53,666 nt of DNA from IMG/VR virus record IMGVR_UViG_3300045120_000224, positions 1-53,666 of that record; one strand, 5' to 3'. Under the pieces are notes generated by a model, which had not been told where the DNA came from, ran no database searches, and saw nothing but the letters and a program-made list of their open reading frames with translations. This document shows, in pieces, positions 34,700 to 43,081 of the stretch. The first letter of the stretch is position 1. Each line of letters opens with the position of its first letter. Both the position numbers and the translations under genes were made by a program. Source of the DNA: a virus (Duplodnaviria; Caudoviricetes).

Positions 34700-34852
34700 C
34701 TACATGCTCTTGATCTGGGTTATCAGCGGGACCAGCACCCAGAAGAACAGCCCGAGCGCCACGAGGTAGACCCTCGGGGACCAGTCCCGGACCGACGCGA
34801 GCGCGAAGCAGATGGCGGCTGCGAGCAGCAGAAGCAGGTACACGACGTCCAT
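34700..34852 (-). CDS. 50-aa two-TM membrane protein
   Basis: Manual translation MDVVYLLLLLAAAICFALASVRDWSPRVYLVALGLFFWVLVPLITQIKSM; high GC3; TACCCT -10 box 6 nt before the ATG. Confidence 0.65.
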   Translation of the reverse strand: MDVVYLLLLLAAAICFALASVRDWSPRVYLVALGLFFWVLVPLITQIKSM

Positions 34853-34871
34853 GGACTGAGGGTACCCGAGA

Positions 34872-35102
34872 TGTAGTCACTGTAGTCACCTGTAGTCACC
34901 CCGGGGGTGACTACACATAACTGCAGGTCAGAGGCCCTTTTCGGACGATGTAGTCATGTAGTCACCTCAAAAGTCTTAACACTAAGAGCGAGTCATAGCG
35001 GTAGAAACTTTGGGGGTGACTACATGACTACATCTCTAAGAAAGGGCCTCTGACCTGGGCAAACGTGTAGTCACCCCCAAGGTGACTACAGGGGTGACTA
35101 CA
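34872..35102. repeat. Palindromic TGTAGTCAC element B (~95-bp inverted arms)
   Basis: 11 copies of TGTAGTCA/TGACTACA; arms 34881-34974 and 35007-35102; CAGGTCAGAGGCCCTTT / AAAGGGCCTCTGACCTG perfect 17-bp inverted pair. Confidence 0.95.
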
Positions 35103-35206
35103 CGACCGACACGCCGGGTGTCGGGTGAGACTGCACCGTCTCCCTGTAGCGCGATCCGGCTGCTACTGTTCCTCACATCGGCTACCCGACCTACCTAGGA
35201 ACAGCG

Positions 35207-36004
35207 ATGACCCAGTCTCTGAAGGCGGCCTACTTCCAGGCGCTGAAGAATGCAGGCGTGGCCTTCGACCGCCACTACCGGGAGTACTCCACCGACGAGC
35301 TCAAGCTCGCCTACGACAAGCTGACCGAGGGCGAGGACACCATCGACCTGCCACCGGTCGAGGAGCCCGCCGGCGAGCAGCCGGCCGAGGACGAGGAGCC
35401 GCCGCCCGCCGGCTTCTTCGGCTACGACGAGCCCGTGCCGCAGCCGCAGGCCGAGCCCGAGTCCACGGTCGAGAAGACCCAGGACATCGCCGTCAAGGCG
35501 GCCGACCCCAACGAGATGGCCGGGCAGCGGCTCAACAGCCAGCCCCTCGACGAGCCCATCCGGGTCGACCCGGACACCGGCCGGGCCTGGTTCCAGGAGG
35601 AGATCCTCAAGCCCGCGTACCCCAAGCCCCGCGGCCGCCGCGTCCTGACCTACCTCGAGCGTGGCGTCAAGCAGGAGGAGGTCCACGCCGGCCAGTTCAT
35701 GGAGTCCTTCGAGGTCGCAGGCGACGGACCGGCACGGGTGGCCGAGGTCCGGATCACCCTGCCGTCCTACCAGGTCGGGATCTTCAAGGACCCCCGCTTC
35801 CCGTTCAAGGTGCACACCTACAACGGGCTCGAGGGCTTCGACCTGTTCGAGGTCCGCGACTACTACGGCGGAGCCGAGCTGGTCCCCGAGACCTGCAAGC
35901 TCGTCTACGTCGAGAACGTGCTGTGCTACGACATCCGTAGCGTGGTCAGGGCCATCGAGGCCGAATACCGTCACCTCGTGCTGACAGGAAAGGTGGAGCC
36001 GTGA
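35207..36004 (+). CDS. Hypothetical protein (265 aa)
   Basis: AGGA RBS; codon bias; acidic Pro-rich linker. Confidence 0.85.
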   Translation: MTQSLKAAYFQALKNAGVAFDRHYREYSTDELKLAYDKLTEGEDTIDLPPVEEPAGEQPAEDEEPPPAGFFGYDEPVPQPQAEPESTVEKTQDIAVKAADPNEMAGQRLNSQPLDEPIRVDPDTGRAWFQEEILKPAYPKPRGRRVLTYLERGVKQEEVHAGQFMESFEVAGDGPARVAEVRITLPSYQVGIFKDPRFPFKVHTYNGLEGFDLFEVRDYYGGAELVPETCKLVYVENVLCYDIRSVVRAIEAEYRHLVLTGKVEP

Positions 36005-36603
36005 GCGGCGACAGCGTCCCCGGAGAGGTCATCGAGACCGCCGACTACAGCGACCAGGACAAGATCGACCTGGCGCACCTCGGCGTGAACCCCGACGACG
36101 ACGCCAAGTACCACACCATCCTCGAGGTCTGGCGCGAGGTGCTCCGCCCCGCCGCCGCCGAGGCCGGCAAGAAGGTCACCCCACAGTGGGCCAACCGGAT
36201 GCTGGCCGCCTACATGGGGCTGACGTACGCGGACATGGACGCCTTCCGCGACCTCTACTACGAGCGCATCGGGGAGATGCTGCACATCCTCGAGGTCGAG
36301 ATCAAGACCGACGACGACGCCCTCGACTGGGCCACGCCCGAGGAGGACGCGGCCGAGAACTCGGCCCACTACAAGAACATGCTGCTGCAGTGGCAGCTCG
36401 CCGTCCTCGCGTGGGAGATGGACTGGAACACCACCGACGAGGACGCCGCGGTGCAGATCGCGGTGATCTCCGAGGTCCACAAGATGTTCCTCGGTGACCA
36501 GGGCCTGGTGGCCTGGCTCGAGAACATCCGCTTCGAGTTCACCGAGGCCGACCAGGCGATGTTGGTGGCCACCCTGATGGAGTTCCGTGGGGAGGAGCTG
36601 TGA
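36001..36603 (+). CDS. Acidic helical hypothetical protein (200 aa)
   Basis: GTGA overlap; GGTGGAG RBS; codon bias. Confidence 0.85.
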   Translation: MSGDSVPGEVIETADYSDQDKIDLAHLGVNPDDDAKYHTILEVWREVLRPAAAEAGKKVTPQWANRMLAAYMGLTYADMDAFRDLYYERIGEMLHILEVEIKTDDDALDWATPEEDAAENSAHYKNMLLQWQLAVLAWEMDWNTTDEDAAVQIAVISEVHKMFLGDQGLVAWLENIRFEFTEADQAMLVATLMEFRGEEL

Positions 36604-37688
36604 GTGAGCAGTCCACGGAAGACGCGGTTGTCCTTCCTGTCCACGGCGACGCTGCGTTTGCGACACTCATGGACGCGCTATCGCCGGAGCCGACTGGAGA
36701 GGCGGCTGGCGAAGGAGGCACGCCGGCTGGATCTCCTGGTGGAGATGAGCCTGGAGCAACGCCGCCTGTGCGCCCGGCTGGAGCAGCGACTCCACCCGCC
36801 GCTGGAAGCGGTGATGGCGGAGATCGGCCTGCGACCACCGGAGGACCCGGAGCCGTCAAGCCAACCGACGGCGCTTCCGATGCGGCCGCACGGCAGCCCG
36901 CCGTGGACGGACAGCCCGGAGCAGACGGAGCAGCCGGAGCCGGAGGAGCCGATGGCGGACCCGGGACTGGAGATCGCCCAGCGTCTTGGACTGCTCCAGC
37001 CGCAGACTTCGTTCCCCGTCTCGGAGAGCTCGCCACCGCGCTAGAGGACAGGACCCTCAAGGCGTACCAGACCGCTGCGCTCGAGGAGGTCCAGACCGAG
37101 CACGAGCAGTACTTCGACGCGCTCAAGCGGCACCCCCGCCTCCTGGTCGGCATGGAGGTGCCGAAGCTCGAGGGCGAGGGCATGGAGACCCTGCGCGACG
37201 CGAACGACGCGAAGGACTGGCAGGACGCCGTGAAGTCGCTGCTCGTCGACGAGGTCAACGACCGCGCCACCAAGGCGCTGGAGGACAACGCAGACTTCCT
37301 GCAGACCGTCCACGCCAGCATCGAGCTGTTCCAGAAGAACCCCGACATGATCCCCGGCACGGCCGAGTTCGACGTCGACCTCGCCAACCAGTTCGCCGAG
37401 ATCGCCACACCCTACGAGCTGCGTGTCGACGGGAAGCTGCAGGGATACTCCATCCCGGTGCAGCCGATCATCGAGCAGCTGCGAACCAGACTGGTCGCAG
37501 CTCGGGCAGCGCCTCCTCAGCAGGCAGCAGGCGCTCCGGCCTCGACCCCCGCAGCGCCTGCTGCCGCCCGCCGGCCTGCGGCTGAGCCACCGCAGGCCGG
37601 CATCCCCTCCAAGGCCGGGTCGTCCGACGCGCGTGAGGACTTCTCCACGCTGTTCGGCACCATCGGCCTGCCCGACCTACAGATCTGA
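36600..37688 (+). CDS. Putative scaffolding-like protein
   Basis: Disordered Gly/Ala/Pro N-terminus, helical core, low-complexity linker, short C-terminal helix EDFSTLFGTIGL. Confidence 0.6.
   Translation: MSEQSTEDAVVLPVHGDAAFATLMDALSPEPTGEAAGEGGTPAGSPGGDEPGATPPVRPAGAATPPAAGSGDGGDRPATTGGPGAVKPTDGASDAAARQPAVDGQPGADGAAGAGGADGGPGTGDRPASWTAPAADFVPRLGELATALEDRTLKAYQTAALEEVQTEHEQYFDALKRHPRLLVGMEVPKLEGEGMETLRDANDAKDWQDAVKSLLVDEVNDRATKALEDNADFLQTVHASIELFQKNPDMIPGTAEFDVDLANQFAEIATPYELRVDGKLQGYSIPVQPIIEQLRTRLVAARAAPPQQAAGAPASTPAAPAAARRPAAEPPQAGIPSKAGSSDAREDFSTLFGTIGLPDLQI
36604..37044 (+). CDS. Candidate overprinted gene (146 aa) in the +1 frame
   Basis: GC3 bias sits in this frame across 36.69-37.0 kb; GGAGGAG lies 6 nt before GTG 36604. 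Confidence 0.5.
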   Translation: MSSPRKTRLSFLSTATLRLRHSWTRYRRSRLERRLAKEARRLDLLVEMSLEQRRLCARLEQRLHPPLEAVMAEIGLRPPEDPEPSSQPTALPMRPHGSPPWTDSPEQTEQPEPEEPMADPGLEIAQRLGLLQPQTSFPVSESSPPR

Positions 37689-37696
37689 GGAGAGCC

Positions 37697-37882
37697 ATGG
37701 AACCGGAGATCCTGCAGTACTTCGCCTACGAGCACCTGCCCGAGCATCTGCAGCCGGTGTCGGCGAAGTTCTCGATGCTCGCCCGGGAGATCGCGTCGGG
37801 TCTGCCGGAGTGCGCCGAGCGGTCCGTCGCCCTGCGCAAGCTCCTCGAGGCGAAGGACGCGGCTGTGAGGGCGGCACTGTGA
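37697..37882 (+). CDS. Small helical-hairpin protein, possibly Acb2/Tad1-like
   Basis: GAGGAG RBS; YFAYEHLP...LPECAERSVALRKLLEAKDAAVRA. Confidence 0.7.
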   Translation: MEPEILQYFAYEHLPEHLQPVSAKFSMLAREIASGLPECAERSVALRKLLEAKDAAVRAAL

Positions 37883-39270
37883 ACGAGATCCGCATTGGTC
37901 ACATCTCGATGCAGTCGACGGACCGCCCCGGCGAGCAGCACGCCGACGCGCGGAAAGTTTTCGCTCGTGCCAAGGCCCGCAACTACGTGTGGCTCACCGG
38001 CTCCGAGGCCAACAACGCCACCGTCTCCGCCGTGTTCGAGTCCGAGGCGAACGCCGCGGGCTTCTACTACGTGCGCGGCGGCGACGCCTGGATCGCGGTG
38101 CCCAAGCACCGGGTGAACGGCGTCCTGCAGCACGGGTTCACCCCGGTGATCAAGGGCGAGGCCCACAAGTTCCCGACGCGCGGCGTCACCCGTGCCACCT
38201 ACGTCGACGACGAGCTCGGCAAGGTGACGGTGCTGGCCTGCCACATGCAGACCAAGCGCACGTCGGTGGACCGCCCGCACGACAACGTGCTGCTCGCCAC
38301 CGAGATCGGCAAGCAGGCACGCCAGTACGGGCAGGGCACCTCGCTGGTGTTCTACGGAGGTGACCAGAACATCACCGACCGCACCGACGACACCTTCAAG
38401 GGCCAGCCGCTGACGTCCTGCTGGGACGAGCTGAAGCGCTGGCCCAACACCGGCCACGACAACATCGACGTCATCGCCTCCTACGACGGTGACATCCGCG
38501 TCACCGCGAAGGCCGCCGACGCCTTCGACGACACGGAGTTCTCCCTGAACACCGACCACTACCTGATCGAGGCCGTCTACACGGTGGCCGACGTCGGGGC
38601 CAAGATCCCGGCGCCGGCTCCAAACCCTCCGGCACCGGCGCCGGGTCCGGCCCCCAAGCCGCCGAGCAAGTCGGCCGGCGTCCACGCCAACCCACCGGTG
38701 GTGGGCGGCCACCCGAACAAGAACTCGGGCAAGGGCAACAAGCCCATCCGCCGTGTCGTGATCCACTCCGCGGTGACCGAGTGCAAGCGCGGCGCGGCCA
38801 GGGCCCTGGGCCGCCAGAACCAGACGTCGAAGACCGGCTCCTGGCACTACGCCGTCGACCCGTTCGAGACGATCCAGTGCTCGTACGACGCCTACGTCTG
38901 CTGGCACGCACCGCCGAACCCGCACTCGCTGGGCATCGAGATGGCCGACAACCCGAAGCCCTGGCCGACGGGCAAGCAGACGGCGAAGTGGTGGTTCAAC
39001 CTGACCAAGGTGTGGCGGTGGAACGACAAGAACCACAAGCTGATGCTCGAGCGGGCCGCGAAGCTGACCGCCGCGCTCTGCGTGGACTACGACCTGCCGG
39101 CCGTGTTCCTGTCGGTTGCCGACGTGAAGGCCGACAAGAAGGGCATCACGATCCACGCGAACGTCTCCAAGGCGTTCGGCCAGAGCACCCACTGGGATCC
39201 GGGTGCCTGGCCGCGCGGCAAGTTCATGCGGATGGTCCACGCCGAAGTGGCTACCCTGAGGAAGACCTGA
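37879..39270 (+). CDS. Endolysin: EEP-family phosphoesterase domain + Pro linker + N-acetylmuramoyl-L-alanine amidase
   Basis: N-terminal GSE, ACH, GGDQN, IDVI, TDH motifs; C-terminal VVIHS, SWHYAVD, CWHA, SLGIE, TIH, HWDPG motifs; GTGA overlap at the start. Confidence 0.85.
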   Translation: MNEIRIGHISMQSTDRPGEQHADARKVFARAKARNYVWLTGSEANNATVSAVFESEANAAGFYYVRGGDAWIAVPKHRVNGVLQHGFTPVIKGEAHKFPTRGVTRATYVDDELGKVTVLACHMQTKRTSVDRPHDNVLLATEIGKQARQYGQGTSLVFYGGDQNITDRTDDTFKGQPLTSCWDELKRWPNTGHDNIDVIASYDGDIRVTAKAADAFDDTEFSLNTDHYLIEAVYTVADVGAKIPAPAPNPPAPAPGPAPKPPSKSAGVHANPPVVGGHPNKNSGKGNKPIRRVVIHSAVTECKRGAARALGRQNQTSKTGSWHYAVDPFETIQCSYDAYVCWHAPPNPHSLGIEMADNPKPWPTGKQTAKWWFNLTKVWRWNDKNHKLMLERAAKLTAALCVDYDLPAVFLSVADVKADKKGITIHANVSKAFGQSTHWDPGAWPRGKFMRMVHAEVATLRKT

Positions 39271-39286
39271 CAGGAGGGAGGAAACC

Positions 39287-39481
39287 ATGGCAACGGACAA
39301 GGACGTCAGCACCACCGAGGCGGCCGCCGAGCAGTACCGGACGATCTCCGGCATCGGCAAGGTCAGCCACATCGACAAGCCCGCCGGGCAGAAGAACGTC
39401 GATGCGACTGCGGAGGCGCTCAGCGAGGAGACAACCCCCGAGGAGCCGAAGACCGCCAAGAAGACCGCGGCCAAGAAGTAG
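39287..39481 (+). CDS. Small hypothetical protein (64 aa)
   Basis: GGAGGGAGG RBS; Lys/Ala-rich tail. Confidence 0.75.
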   Translation: MATDKDVSTTEAAAEQYRTISGIGKVSHIDKPAGQKNVDATAEALSEETTPEEPKTAKKTAAKK

Positions 39482-39487
39482 GACCTC

Positions 39488-40951
39488 ATGCCCACGTTCC
39501 CCGTCCACTACCGCCCGAGGCCGTACCAGCAGCTGCTGCACCAGATGTGGCGGACGCACCGTATCGGCGTCGGGGTACTGCCACGGCAGGCGGGCAAGGA
39601 CATGGCCATGAGCATGGAGATGTGTGAACGCCGGTTGCGAGTTCCCAAGACGACCGGCGTTTACATCTCCCTCGACAACCCGATGGTGCGCGACATCATC
39701 TACGACAAGACGTACTTCGACCCCGACTCCGGCCACTACATCCAGGCGCTGCAGGACAACGTCCCCTACGACCTGTGCGAGTGGAAGGACACCGTCATGG
39801 AGGGCCGGTTCTCCAACAAGAGCCGGCTCAAGATGCAGGGGTACTTCCAGTCCGGCCGCGACAAGAACGGTGTCGGCACCTCCTTCCAGGACTACGCCTT
39901 CACCGAGCTCGCGCTGTTCACCCGCGAGGACCCGCTGCCCCGGCTCATGCCGATCCTGTCCAACGAGCAGGAGGACAAGCGGCTGATGGCCGTGTCCACC
40001 CCACGCGGGAAGCGGAAGAACCCGCTGTGGCAGCTCATGGAGTCGTTCAAGGGCAGCAAGGACTTCCAGGTCCTCACCTTCACCATCGACGACCTGAACA
40101 CCATGATGGGCCGCGAGGGCCTGCCGCCCGTGCGCAGCCAGGACCAGCTCGCCCAGGACCGCGACGCCTACCACCGCCGCTTCGGCAACGACCGGATGTT
40201 CGAGCAGGAGTACTACTGCTCGTTCGAGGAGATGGACGCGGCCGCCGTCTACGGCGAGGCGTACATGGCGATGGTCAACGACCAGCGCATCCACGACTTC
40301 AACCTGTTCCAAGGCCACCCGGTCTACGTCGCCTTCGACATCGGCGCCTCCGGCATGCAGTCCGACGCCACAGCGTGGCTCGCGTTCCAGTGGATCAACA
40401 ACCGGATGTTCGTCTTCGACTGCGGCGAGGGCCACGGCAAGGCGCTCCCGGAGTACGTCGACGTGCTCCGGGAGAAGGTCTGGTTCCCGATGATCACCCA
40501 GATGATCCTCCCGTGGGACGGCGACCACCACGAGAAGGCGGTGAACACCACGCCGGCGGACATGATGCGCACCAAGTTCCCGAACGTCTCGGTGCTCGCC
40601 AAGTCCGGCAAGGTCTGGAAGATCCCGGGCTCACGCTCCGGGGACTACGACCTGATCACCGACATCCAGCAGGCCCGGATGCAGATGTACAACCTGATCG
40701 TCCACCAGACCAACTGCCAGTGGCTGCTCGAGTGCTTCGAGAACTACAAGTACGAGTTCAACCACAAGGCCCAGATGTGGACCGAGAAGCCGCTGCACGA
40801 CCGCTACTCGCACATGATGGACGCCTACCGCTACGCGGTCCAGGCCACCAAGGAGCTCGACTTCTTCGGCGGCGTGTTCTTCGAGCAGCCCGGCAGCGGA
40901 GGATCCGTCGACTACGTGGAGGACTGGTCGAAGGTGTGGGCCAAGGCATGA
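39488..40951 (+). CDS. terL: Terminase large subunit
   Basis: PRPYQ, PRQAGKD (Walker A), YAFTE (Walker B variant), VSTPRG, FEQEYYCSF, VAFDIG and HMMDAYRY nuclease motifs. Confidence 0.9.
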   Translation: MPTFPVHYRPRPYQQLLHQMWRTHRIGVGVLPRQAGKDMAMSMEMCERRLRVPKTTGVYISLDNPMVRDIIYDKTYFDPDSGHYIQALQDNVPYDLCEWKDTVMEGRFSNKSRLKMQGYFQSGRDKNGVGTSFQDYAFTELALFTREDPLPRLMPILSNEQEDKRLMAVSTPRGKRKNPLWQLMESFKGSKDFQVLTFTIDDLNTMMGREGLPPVRSQDQLAQDRDAYHRRFGNDRMFEQEYYCSFEEMDAAAVYGEAYMAMVNDQRIHDFNLFQGHPVYVAFDIGASGMQSDATAWLAFQWINNRMFVFDCGEGHGKALPEYVDVLREKVWFPMITQMILPWDGDHHEKAVNTTPADMMRTKFPNVSVLAKSGKVWKIPGSRSGDYDLITDIQQARMQMYNLIVHQTNCQWLLECFENYKYEFNHKAQMWTEKPLHDRYSHMMDAYRYAVQATKELDFFGGVFFEQPGSGGSVDYVEDWSKVWAKA

Positions 40952-41256
40952 AGACAGTCTCCGTGCGCCAGGCGCTGCAGCACGTTGCCGACTACCCGGT
41001 CCCTCTCGACGACGAGATGATCCAGTGGCCGGTCCACGAGCACATCGCCCGTGCCCTGTACACGATCGCCAACAACCCGGACGCCTCGGTCCGTGGCAGC
41101 ATGGGACGCGCGAACAAGGCGCGCAAGATGATCCTCGACCGGCTCGTCGGCCGCCGCCGCAGCGGATCCCACCCGGCGACCCGCAACCATGTGTCGATCG
41201 ACTTCGTCGACCTGACCGGAGGTGAGATCGGTGCTGGAGCTGATGAAGAGGATTGA
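40948..41256 (+). CDS. Hypothetical protein (MKTVSVRQAL..., 102 aa)
   Basis: ATGA overlap with terL; 3' part of track ORF 39775..41256. Confidence 0.75.
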   Translation: MKTVSVRQALQHVADYPVPLDDEMIQWPVHEHIARALYTIANNPDASVRGSMGRANKARKMILDRLVGRRRSGSHPATRNHVSIDFVDLTGGEIGAGADEED

Positions 41257-41386
41257 CCCCCTGCTGGCGCTGGTCAGCCTGCTCGGCATCATCATCTGCG
41301 TCGGTGGCCTCGGCTACGTCGCCTACCTGTTCGTGTCCGTCATCTTCCTAGGAGCCGCGGGATGCCAGCCGACGTCGTGCCTGTGA
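41243..41386 (+). CDS. 47-aa membrane peptide
   Basis: Manual translation MKRIDPLLALVSLLGIIICVGGLGYVAYLFVSVIFLGAAGCQPTSCL; fills the gap between two genes. Confidence 0.6.
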   Translation: MKRIDPLLALVSLLGIIICVGGLGYVAYLFVSVIFLGAAGCQPTSCL

Positions 41387-41655
41387 ACCGGAAGTTCCGC
41401 TCCACCATCCCCGACTCGCACCGCCTGAGCCTCGACACCCGGATCCTGTGGCTGTGGAACCAGCGGTTCGGCACCGTGCAGACCGTGTGGCAGAAGTCGC
41501 CCGATGTGCTCGACAAGACGGCGGCCACCCTCTACCTGCAGGCGATCATGGCGAAGGACCTCGACTCGATCGCGCAGATCTTCCACCGCATCGAGGGTGG
41601 CGCGGTCCCCGACGACAAGGTCCTCGAGCAGGCCGAGTCCGAGATCCGCGTCTGA
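41362..41655 (+). CDS. Hypothetical protein (97 aa), last rightward gene
   Basis: AGGAG RBS; codon bias. Confidence 0.8.
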   Translation: MPADVVPVNRKFRSTIPDSHRLSLDTRILWLWNQRFGTVQTVWQKSPDVLDKTAATLYLQAIMAKDLDSIAQIFHRIEGGAVPDDKVLEQAESEIRV

Positions 41656-41663
41656 AAGTTTTT

Positions 41664-41981
41664 TTACGGCGTGGGGGCCCGCCCCGTACGTGCCCGCCTC
41701 CGCCACAGAACGGTGGCCTGTGGGCGCCGGCAGACCCTGCACATGCAACCGGCCCAGTGCAGCAGCGTCTCGGCGTCAGGGATGGTCTCAGGCATCTCTC
41801 GTGCCTGCTCCTCGACCAGCTCGAGGGGCAGGAACCACTGGCCGTGGAAGCGCACGGCACGCGGGTCGCCCGGCTTGCGGACACCGTTGGTCCGCTCGTC
41901 GGCCGACAGCGGCAGGTACCCGTGCCCGCACTTGTACCACCGGGTGCCGTCCGGCAGGGTCTTGATCGGCCGGCTGGTCAC
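41664..41981 (-). CDS. Hypothetical protein with HxxxCxCxxC motif
   Basis: GTG 41981 overlaps the upstream stop; HWAGCMCRVC. Confidence 0.7.
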   Translation of the reverse strand: MTSRPIKTLPDGTRWYKCGHGYLPLSADERTNGVRKPGDPRAVRFHGQWFLPLELVEEQAREMPETIPDAETLLHWAGCMCRVCRRPQATVLWRRRARTGRAPTP

Positions 41982-42520
41982 GGGTACAGCGTGCCCTCGG
42001 CGTACTCGTTGTACAGCGTCAGCGTCATCGGCCGGTGCCGGCGGATGAAGTAGCCGGGCTTCACCCGATACGCCTTCGGGATCTTCCGCCCCATGATGTA
42101 GGTCATGTACGGCTTGTCGAAGTAGAACCTCAGCACCTGGTTGATCTTGCGCAGGTCCGAGGCGGCCGACCCGCCCTCGTCCATCAGGTCCTTCACCCGG
42201 ATCCCGGTGGCCCACTCGTAGATCATCACGGCCGCGACCCGGTGACCATGCACTGGTGTGAGGTTGCGCAGGAACTTGCGTGTCTCACGCTCCCACGCCA
42301 CGAGATGGGGATTCTCCCGGATCAGGTACTTGTCCTTCGTGAATGGCATTCTTCCTCTCTCTGAGTCAGGGAGAGTCAGCTGGTCGAGGCGGGCGGACGC
42401 CTGCGCGTCGAGGGCCGTTGACGGCACTCGACGCTTGTCGGCCTCCTCCTTCACGAACTTCTTCTTCAGCAGCATCTCGACCTCGGAGAGAAGCTGCCGA
42501 TCGCTACCGATTGGCTCCAT
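41978..42520 (-). CDS. Hypothetical basic protein, possibly DNA-binding
   Basis: Codon bias; TAGCAT -10 box 7 nt before ATG 42520 (leaderless). Confidence 0.75.
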   Translation of the reverse strand: MEPIGSDRQLLSEVEMLLKKKFVKEEADKRRVPSTALDAQASARLDQLTLPDSERGRMPFTKDKYLIRENPHLVAWERETRKFLRNLTPVHGHRVAAVMIYEWATGIRVKDLMDEGGSAASDLRKINQVLRFYFDKPYMTYIMGRKIPKAYRVKPGYFIRRHRPMTLTLYNEYAEGTLYP

Positions 42521-42538
42521 GCGAAGCATGCTACTCGG

Positions 42539-42580
42539 AAAAAAAGAGAGGACCGCAGCCATTGGCTACGGTCCCCTCCC
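42539..42580 (-). terminator. Rho-independent terminator
   Basis: GGACCGCAGCC-ATT-GGCTACGGTCC stem (G-U on the minus strand) followed by U7, right after the stop at 42581. Confidence 0.85.
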
Positions 42581-42775
42581 TCACTTCAGCACCTCACTCC
42601 ACAGCGCCTTCTCCTGCAGAGACGCCGGTCGCACCGACACGATCTCCCAGCCCTTCTCGGTCCGGTGGAGGTTCTCCACCATCCCGTGCCGGACACGGAA
42701 CCCGAGGTCGACGACCAGCCGCTCCTCCCGTGCACCGCTGATCTGCGCGTACACCGGCTTCGGTGTGTCACTCAT
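42581..42775 (-). CDS. Small hypothetical protein (64 aa)
   Basis: GAGGGAGG RBS before MSDTPKP. Confidence 0.75.
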   Translation of the reverse strand: MSDTPKPVYAQISGAREERLVVDLGFRVRHGMVENLHRTEKGWEIVSVRPASLQEKALWSEVLK

Positions 42776-42953
42776 CGCTGCCTCCCTCACCGGGTGGAAT
42801 GACGTGCCCGCTAGCGAGCTCCCCACACGGGCAGATCGGGTCACGCGGACAGAAACAAACCCGGCATGATGGGGCGCGCCAATGGTCCGTGGCCAGGTGA
42901 TGACAGATTCCACACCGACCCTCCGGGGCGTGCGTCGGTGTATCACTCATCAC
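42768..42953 (-). CDS. Small Cys/His-rich protein
   Basis: CGICHH...CRVCFC...CPC; coupled on both sides. Confidence 0.6.
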   Translation of the reverse strand: MMSDTPTHAPEGRCGICHHLATDHWRAPSCRVCFCPRDPICPCGELASGHVIPPGEGGSDE

Positions 42954-43081
42954 TCAGTCACCTTCGCAGCGATCGTGTCAAGTGACGAGGCTATCTGGTC
43001 CAGCGACCGCGCTATGTCCACGAGCGAATCGAGCATCTGATGAGCCAGAGCCCATGCGTTCGCTTCGTCTCCGAGGTTCAT
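42950..43081 (-). CDS. Small coiled-coil protein (43 aa)
   Basis: GGAGGTGAGG RBS before MNLGDEA. Confidence 0.6.
   Translation of the reverse strand: MNLGDEANAWALAHQMLDSLVDIARSLDQIASSLDTIAAKVTE

Noticed and set aside
34872-35102. TGTAGTCAC repeats as a CRISPR array or transposon ends
   Set aside because: Units are 8-9 bp, inverted and irregularly spaced, with no spacers, cas operon, transposase or target-site duplication.
27556-39270. Long upstream extensions in track ORFs 27556..29016, 28985..30865, 33970..34620 and 37423..39270
   Set aside because: They overlap real upstream genes; coupled or RBS-supported starts are at 27757, 30068, 34396 and 37879.
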